DNA from: Caldivirga maquilingensis IC-167
GTDB taxonomy: Archaea > Thermoproteota > Thermoprotei > Thermoproteales > Thermocladiaceae
Assembly (NCBI RefSeq): GCF_000018305.1
Contig: NC_009954.1
Span: forward strand, 1,770,001 to 1,802,000
Length of the DNA: 32,000 nt
Direction: 5' to 3'
This document shows, one piece after another, positions 26,952 through 32,000 of this stretch (positions are counted from its first letter, which is position 1; each line of letters begins with the position of its first letter). The notes beneath the pieces are model-generated. The model was not told the DNA's origin. It saw only the letters and a list, made by a program, of their open reading frames with translations, and ran no database searches. A program made the translations under genes and the position numbers.

Positions 26952-27641
26952 CTAACGGGTTTGGTTTAATAAATTATCCCTATATAACTCCATTTGAACC
27001 AGCTTCCTCTCTATGCTTCTTAACTCCTCAGCTAATGTTGCCTTACTAATGCTGAGTTTTGAGGCTAGTTGACTTAGGCTTATTCCCCTAGGCCAATTAA
27101 AGTACCCAGTCTCATAAGCTACCTTAAGTATTTGAGTTTCTCTTCTAGTTAATGGTGCATTGCTTAATAATGCATTAACATTAGTATTCTTAATGATTCT
27201 TAACCATGCTCTCTCCCTAAGCTCCCTAATTAAATTACTTAGATCACTGGCTACCACTAGCCAGTACTCTAAACCACTAGTTATAAGCTCCCTGTAGTAG
27301 TACACGTTGTTGTTTAGGAGTAATTCAAGGACACTATTGTTTAATACCCTAATTGTACTTAAGGTTACTGTAACGTTATTCCTTGATACGTGTTTATCCA
27401 ATACATTCATGGCTTTAACTTGCCTAAACTCCTTAATCCTACGCATCAATTCCTTAACCTCACCAATGCTTGAGGCATTAATGTTCACCACAGACCTTTT
27501 AATGCCAAGGCTTGGTATTGGTATTGATGACTCAACGGTAGCCTTAACTCCAGTGTCCCTTGTAAATACTGACCAGTCATCATGCTCAATAACCATGACC
27601 GTGGTTTGAATGGGCATAGTTAATTGAATCATGGTGAGCAT
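26952..27641 (-). CDS. HTH_10 (bacterio-opsin-activator-type) DNA-binding transcriptional regulator
   Basis: The C-terminal LTRRETQILKVAYETGYFNWPRGISLSQLASKLSISKATLAEELRSIERKLV matches the HTH_10/Bat-type helix-turn-helix pattern. Confidence 0.7.
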   Translation of the reverse strand: MLTMIQLTMPIQTTVMVIEHDDWSVFTRDTGVKATVESSIPIPSLGIKRSVVNINASSIGEVKELMRRIKEFRQVKAMNVLDKHVSRNNVTVTLSTIRVLNNSVLELLLNNNVYYYRELITSGLEYWLVVASDLSNLIRELRERAWLRIIKNTNVNALLSNAPLTRRETQILKVAYETGYFNWPRGISLSQLASKLSISKATLAEELRSIERKLVQMELYRDNLLNQTR

Positions 27642-27713
27642 TAATAAGCATTATTATTAACCTAATCCCGTTAGGAATACTGCTTAAATAATGCCTATAT
27701 CTGGGTTCAGTTA

Positions 27714-28700
27714 GTGGTTTGTGTGATTTGTCCACAGTGCGTGTTTAGGTTAAGGAGGTTTACTGGTGTTGCCCTGGATCCTCCAAGTTTTGAACCTGGC
27801 TCATGGAGGGGTGCTGGGGATTTGTTAATTGACCCGGTGAATCATGAGTATTGGTTAACCAGTAGGCCTAGGGTTGCTGGCCCTAGGGGTTATGGTGTTG
27901 AAATATGGTACTCAAATAATGGTGATCAGTATAGCCTAGTATCCTTAATACCCAAGGAGGAGGTTTCAAAGTGGGTCGGCATTAATGTACTTAGTATTGA
28001 GAATAATCAATTGGTTCAAGACCCATTAACTGGATTATACTACTTATACATGTCCCTTGATATTGGTGATGGCTGGGAGACATTTATGGCTAAGGCAGAT
28101 GACCCAAGGGGGCCGTGGAATCCAGTTGGCTTAGTTATAAGGCGTGATAGGGATTATGATAGTGCCGAGTCCAGGGACTGCACTATAAATATTATTGATG
28201 GTAGGTACATAGCCCTATGCAAGGCCGTTAAGCGTGGTGATGGTCCTCATGCATATACTGAATTATTAACCAGTAGAGATGGGGTTAATTGGGTTAAATT
28301 AGGGTTACCGACAATTAATGGTCAACCCCAGAGGCCTCAACCGGATGCATTCCTACTTAACGGTGACATATTACCATCAACCTACGGCCCAATGTTCATT
28401 GGTACAGTGACCACATTCTTCAAGAACGCTCACATAACTAAGTACTTTGGGGCATACATCATAGACTTGAAGACTAACAACCTTGAGGAGGTTTTCACAG
28501 CTGAGTGGAAGCCTGGATCAATGTATGAGCACCCGGAATACCCAATACACACGTACTGTAATATTGTTAAGGATCCATTCACTGGGGATTGGAGGATACT
28601 TATTGAGGCTATTGACCCAAGGTACACTAAGGAGATTGGAGTAAACACTGAGGTGGATAGGGTTCTTCAATACAAGGCCAAGGTACCTGAGGCGGCTTGA
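27714..28700 (+). CDS. Hypothetical protein, possible beta-propeller glycoside-hydrolase-like fold (GH32/43/130-type)
   Basis: The pattern resembles 5-bladed propeller GHs (ADDPRGPWNPVG, SRDCTINIIDGRYIALCKA, SRDGVNWVKLG). This is a weak, by-eye call. The start is uncertain (GTG; the N-terminus MVCVICPQC looks odd). Confidence 0.35.
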   Translation: MVCVICPQCVFRLRRFTGVALDPPSFEPGSWRGAGDLLIDPVNHEYWLTSRPRVAGPRGYGVEIWYSNNGDQYSLVSLIPKEEVSKWVGINVLSIENNQLVQDPLTGLYYLYMSLDIGDGWETFMAKADDPRGPWNPVGLVIRRDRDYDSAESRDCTINIIDGRYIALCKAVKRGDGPHAYTELLTSRDGVNWVKLGLPTINGQPQRPQPDAFLLNGDILPSTYGPMFIGTVTTFFKNAHITKYFGAYIIDLKTNNLEEVFTAEWKPGSMYEHPEYPIHTYCNIVKDPFTGDWRILIEAIDPRYTKEIGVNTEVDRVLQYKAKVPEAA

Positions 28701-28750
28701 TCCGGGTTATAAGAAACCTTGCTTTAACTATTTTAATTAATTTGGATTAT

Positions 28751-29227
28751 TTAACTTTGATTATTCTCAAAACTCACACTTATCAACGGCGCCTTAGATA
28801 ATGTGACATTCACCGCAGTGGGGCTGACCGTGTAATAAACCACTATACTGACTGCGTATGTTCCTGGGTTCAAGTATAGTGAGTACTCGTTGTCCTCGGG
28901 TGTTAGGGTGAAGCTACTGTTGCCCACGGTTACTTTAACGGTGAAGTTTGAGAATTCCCTCGATAGGAGATCCTCATGACTCAATTCGAAGTTAAAGCGC
29001 CCACCAACATTAACCACAAGCATCCCACTACCCTTAACCGAGCCTGACTCACCTGCCGTTAAATTGCCTAGGCTTAGGGATGCAGGCTGTACGCTGAATT
29101 CACCCTCAGACCCGGGACCTATTATGGTGAAGCTCACGTAGGCTAAAGTATGGTCTATGGCTAATACTGTGGTTACCGCTAAGGCCGCGGATAGGGCTAT
29201 TACCAGGGCAATTAGCTTATTCATCAT
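28751..29227 (-). CDS. Secreted beta-rich protein, TasA/camelysin (archaeal DUF1102/AbpA)-like
   Basis: The probable start is ATGATG at 29227 (MMNKLIALVIALSAALAVTTVLA), with a TATA-like ATATTTTTAAA about 25 nt upstream. The signal/anchor is followed by HTLAYVSF (compare GTFAYF) and SLSLGNLTAGESGSV...LVVNVGG (compare the camelysin-type PGD...N.G pattern). Confidence 0.45.
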   Translation of the reverse strand: MMNKLIALVIALSAALAVTTVLAIDHTLAYVSFTIIGPGSEGEFSVQPASLSLGNLTAGESGSVKGSGMLVVNVGGRFNFELSHEDLLSREFSNFTVKVTVGNSSFTLTPEDNEYSLYLNPGTYAVSIVVYYTVSPTAVNVTLSKAPLISVSFENNQS

Positions 29228-29510
29228 GGTATCTTTCTCAATAGGGTTTAAAAATATTTTGTGCTTTTTATTTAGTGAATTACTATAAAGTTTCATAACT
29301 CTCTTAACCAACAGTTAATGGTTTATGTAGTTACCCCTACTTACGTACATGAGGGTTAATGCATAAAACATGGATCCATTAACACTAATCACCCTTATTA
29401 ATGTTGAAACCTTAGCCTCAATGATTATTCTTAGTGCATATGGGATTACTGTTAATTAATGTGGACGTTGATTACGGCTAGGGTATTAACCGTGGGGTAC
29501 GTTGGTATCC

Positions 29511-29534
29511 TTAATAATGCATAAGCATTATTAA
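29511..29534. promoter_or_regulatory. Perfect 10-bp palindrome TTAATAATGC-ATAA-GCATTATTAA in a 386-bp AT-rich intergenic region
   Basis: Read directly from the sequence. It lies between the divergent 28751-29227 (-) and 29698-31272 (+) genes. Confidence 0.3.
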
Positions 29535-29697
29535 TTGATTGTAATGTATGGGTTACTTAATTCACAATTGATTATTGTTAAGACTAAGCATGCTTCCTCA
29601 TTAAGGTTAATCAACATATCATACCCATTAACCCTTCTAATTCATATTAATTTAACTTAACCAATCCCCCTATTAACCTTAATACGCGTCTTAAACC

Positions 29698-31272
29698 ATG
29701 GTTAACCCAGTGGGTATAATTCATGGCGTTGATGGGGTTAGGAGAATTAGATTCAGGGTCTTTGACGGTGCCTCAGTGTGGATTGGCCAGTACGTAGTCA
29801 CCAGTGAGGGTTACTTATGTAGGGTTTCTAGGATTGAGAGGAGGAATTACCTAACTGATGATAGGATATTGGCTGAGATGAGTAGCTTTGAGAGGATTGA
29901 GAGGCTTAAGAAGTATGGCTTCAACCTGGAGTTCACATCAACGATAACGCTTGCTGAGGCTTTAATAATAGGTGTTGTTGAGGGTTCTGGGATAAGGCAA
30001 CCAATGGCTCCACCCCACTTATACACTTATGTTAATGAGGCTCCCAGTGAATTAATAAGTAATTTAACGGTAATTAACAGTGCACCCATAACGATAGGTA
30101 AGGTTAAGGGCAGTGATACACCAGCTAGGTTAGATGCTGAGAAGTTAACCACGCATCACTGTGCAATACTGGCCTCCACGGGTTCAGGTAAATCATGGTT
30201 AGCCGGCGTAATTGCGGAGGAATTAGCCTTAACCATTAAGATGCCTGTGGTTATAATAGATCCCCATGGTGAATACTCAAGCATGCAGTACCCGGCTGTT
30301 GATGATCCTTTAGCTAATGAGGTAGCGAGTATGGTTAACATATATGTACCTGGTAGGGTTGATACCGGTGAAATAGATAAGTATTACATGGCTAAGTTCG
30401 GGGAACCCAGGAGATACATTAGGATTGGCGTTAACCCAAGGAATATGCCCCTAGGAGTCCTAATTAAGCTTCTCACCCATTACTATGGTTTAACAGACAC
30501 CCAGAGGAGACTGCTGGAGGAGGGGTGGCCTTATGACCCATCGATAGATGCACCATTAACAACCATAGATGAACTGGTGGGTGAGGTCATTGAGAGGAGT
30601 CGGGGTTCAGCCCCTAAGGGTTATGCTGGTGAGTCATCAATATCATCGCTGGTTTCCAAGTTGAGGTCATTTCTTGAGAATAGGCCATTCTTCATAACAA
30701 TGTACGGCGAACATTATGGTGATGAACCAATAAGGCTACTTGATGTTGAAAACATGCTTAATAAACCTGGCATAAACGTAATAGACTTATCCACACTTGA
30801 TTTAATGGATCAACAGGCATTAGTGGCCTTAATGCTTGACTCCATGTTTAATTTAGCTAAGAGGAGGCGCATAATGCCGACCTTCGTGATAATTGAGGAG
30901 GCGCATAACTTCTCACCCTCGAAGGCATTATCCATTAGTAAGTCATCAATACTCAGGATTGCAAGGGAGGGTAGGAAGTTTGGGTTAGGTTTATGCATAG
31001 TGTCTCAAAGACCCTCAAGGATTGACCCAGACGTGCTTAGTCAATGCATGACCCAAATCTTCAAGAGAATAATTAATCCCCTTGATTTAAAGTACGTTGC
31101 CTCTGTTGCTGAGAATATTTCAAGCGATGAGTTAACAACCCTTAAGTCACTTAACCCTGATGAAGCATATGTAACGGGTATGGCTACACCAATACCACTC
31201 CTGGTTAGGGTTAAGGGTAGGTTAACTCACCATGGTGGTGTAACTAGGTGGATTAGTACCATTAATCCTTAA
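29698..31272 (+). CDS. HerA-like (DUF87/FtsK-HerA superfamily) ATPase
   Basis: N-terminal HAS-barrel-like region (VGIIHGVDG...VWIGQYVVTSEG), Walker A HHCAILASTGSGKSW, Walker B TFVIIEEAHNF, and REGRKFGLGLCIVSQRPSRIDPDVLSQC typical of the HerA/DUF87 family. Confidence 0.8.
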   Translation: MVNPVGIIHGVDGVRRIRFRVFDGASVWIGQYVVTSEGYLCRVSRIERRNYLTDDRILAEMSSFERIERLKKYGFNLEFTSTITLAEALIIGVVEGSGIRQPMAPPHLYTYVNEAPSELISNLTVINSAPITIGKVKGSDTPARLDAEKLTTHHCAILASTGSGKSWLAGVIAEELALTIKMPVVIIDPHGEYSSMQYPAVDDPLANEVASMVNIYVPGRVDTGEIDKYYMAKFGEPRRYIRIGVNPRNMPLGVLIKLLTHYYGLTDTQRRLLEEGWPYDPSIDAPLTTIDELVGEVIERSRGSAPKGYAGESSISSLVSKLRSFLENRPFFITMYGEHYGDEPIRLLDVENMLNKPGINVIDLSTLDLMDQQALVALMLDSMFNLAKRRRIMPTFVIIEEAHNFSPSKALSISKSSILRIAREGRKFGLGLCIVSQRPSRIDPDVLSQCMTQIFKRIINPLDLKYVASVAENISSDELTTLKSLNPDEAYVTGMATPIPLLVRVKGRLTHHGGVTRWISTINP

Positions 31273-32000
31273 TCACCTGTGCTCCAGCATGGCTTGAACC
31301 ATCTCATACATCAACCTGAAGCCACTACCCCTGGGTTTGCTTCTACTCATTAGGGTTACCCATGCATTAACCAATGCCCTATACTCGAAACTCATGTAAA
31401 GGGAATCAGGGTATTTTTCAAGTAGGGGGAATTTGGTTTCCCTTAGGAATAAGTAAAGTTCCTCAAGTTCATCCTCCTTAATAACCCTCCTACCGAAGTT
31501 AACCCTCCGCCCAGTTACATGCCTCTCACCCCCACCTGGTAATATTACCTTCCCGTAGGCCGCCTTAATCCTCCATGTTGAGGAATCTGTTGAGTAAACA
31601 CGCAGTAGTTCAAGTGTTGGTGTTATTGATGGGCTACCTAACCCAAGTACGTGAACCCTACCATTGAATTCCTCCACCACTTTAGCTATGAAGGATAATG
31701 CCCTCCACCTACTATTCTTAGGCACATTCCTGGTGACTAAAACGTAAGGTACCAGTCCCCCTATTGCAATCTCCTTAGGGTTATGGTCAATTATGCTCCT
31801 TAACGCCTCTAGGACTATCTCCTCATTCCTATAATAGTGGATTACAGGCATGACCTCTATGTTCTCCCTCTCCAGGACCTTGCTTAACTCATGGTACGCC
31901 TTAATGGTTTTACGGAACTTCCCGAATGCAGTATTAACGTCATCACTCGGTAATGGTGGGTAGTCAAGGGCTAGGTAAGTTGAGGCATCCCAAAAACGCG
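31273..32000 (-). CDS. Compact TGT-fold (tRNA-guanine transglycosylase-like, DpdA/TgtA5-like?) protein, 5' end outside window
   Basis: The frame stays open past the listed ATG at 31851 to the window edge (…RFWDASTYLALDYPPLPSDDV…). It is collinear with archaeal TGT catalytic-domain motifs: LALDYPPLP (compare FLDIPTPP, substrate Asp), IAIGGLVP, VHVLGLGSP (compare HLFGAGHP) and YSTDSSTW (compare LFDSASY, nucleophile Asp). There is no CxCxxC zinc motif, and the visible C-terminal half has no Cys at all. Confidence 0.6.
   Translation of the reverse strand, partial: RFWDASTYLALDYPPLPSDDVNTAFGKFRKTIKAYHELSKVLERENIEVMPVIHYYRNEEIVLEALRSIIDHNPKEIAIGGLVPYVLVTRNVPKNSRWRALSFIAKVVEEFNGRVHVLGLGSPSITPTLELLRVYSTDSSTWRIKAAYGKVILPGGGERHVTGRRVNFGRRVIKEDELEELYLFLRETKFPLLEKYPDSLYMSFEYRALVNAWVTLMSRSKPRGSGFRLMYEMVQAMLEHR

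Noticed and set aside
27644-27656. 13-mer ATAAGCATTATTA shared between the 27642-27713 spacer and the 29511-29534 palindrome (29521-29533), considered as a common operator
   Set aside because: Both regions are very AT-rich. My rough estimate is that a match of this length between AT-rich spacers is plausible by chance. With only two copies there is no support for a motif.
1-32000. CRISPR arrays, rRNA genes, large structured RNAs (RNase P, SRP) and toxin-antitoxin pairs
   Set aside because: There are no repeat-spacer periodicity and no non-coding stretch longer than about 390 bp. No small overlapping gene pair has recognisable TA family motifs.

Overview
The window looks like a gene-dense chromosomal segment (about 90% coding) from a hyperthermophilic crenarchaeon, probably Thermoproteales (Caldivirga/Vulcanisaeta-like). 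That assignment is inferred from several features: a short-form XPF, an aKMT-type methyltransferase, a histone, an intron-containing tRNA, and AT-rich TATA boxes 25-30 nt upstream of start codons (leaderless-style). Most genes are housekeeping or central metabolism. These include a GH31 alpha-glucosidase, geranylgeranyl reductase, class II aldolase, CoaBC, a Na+/H+ antiporter, ribosomal stalk protein P1, a four-subunit 2-oxoacid:ferredoxin oxidoreductase operon (gamma-delta-alpha-beta), glucose dehydrogenase, a DHH phosphoesterase, Mrp/ApbC and an alcohol dehydrogenase. There are three tRNA genes: two identical tRNA-Thr(GGU) and one intron-containing tRNA-Ile(GAU). I found no CRISPR array, transposase or integrase. 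Six things deserve a second look. (1) A histone gene is translationally coupled to an aKMT-family lysine methyltransferase. (2) A 96-bp perfect direct repeat (whole tRNA-Thr plus its promoter flank) brackets a 4.3-kb two-gene cassette, and one of those genes encodes a heavily sequon-rich surface protein with a glutamic-peptidase (G1)-like domain. (3) A Thr-rich surface protein is built from two tandem copies of an unrecognised ~180-aa domain, next to an ArsR/membrane-protein pair. (4) A compact TGT-fold paralog without the zinc site abuts an orphan HerA-like ATPase at the right edge, and the locus continues outside the window. (5) There is a TasA/AbpA-like secreted protein. (6) There is a candidate C/D box sRNA. 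All family assignments come from motifs read by eye and recalled from memory; no searches were run.
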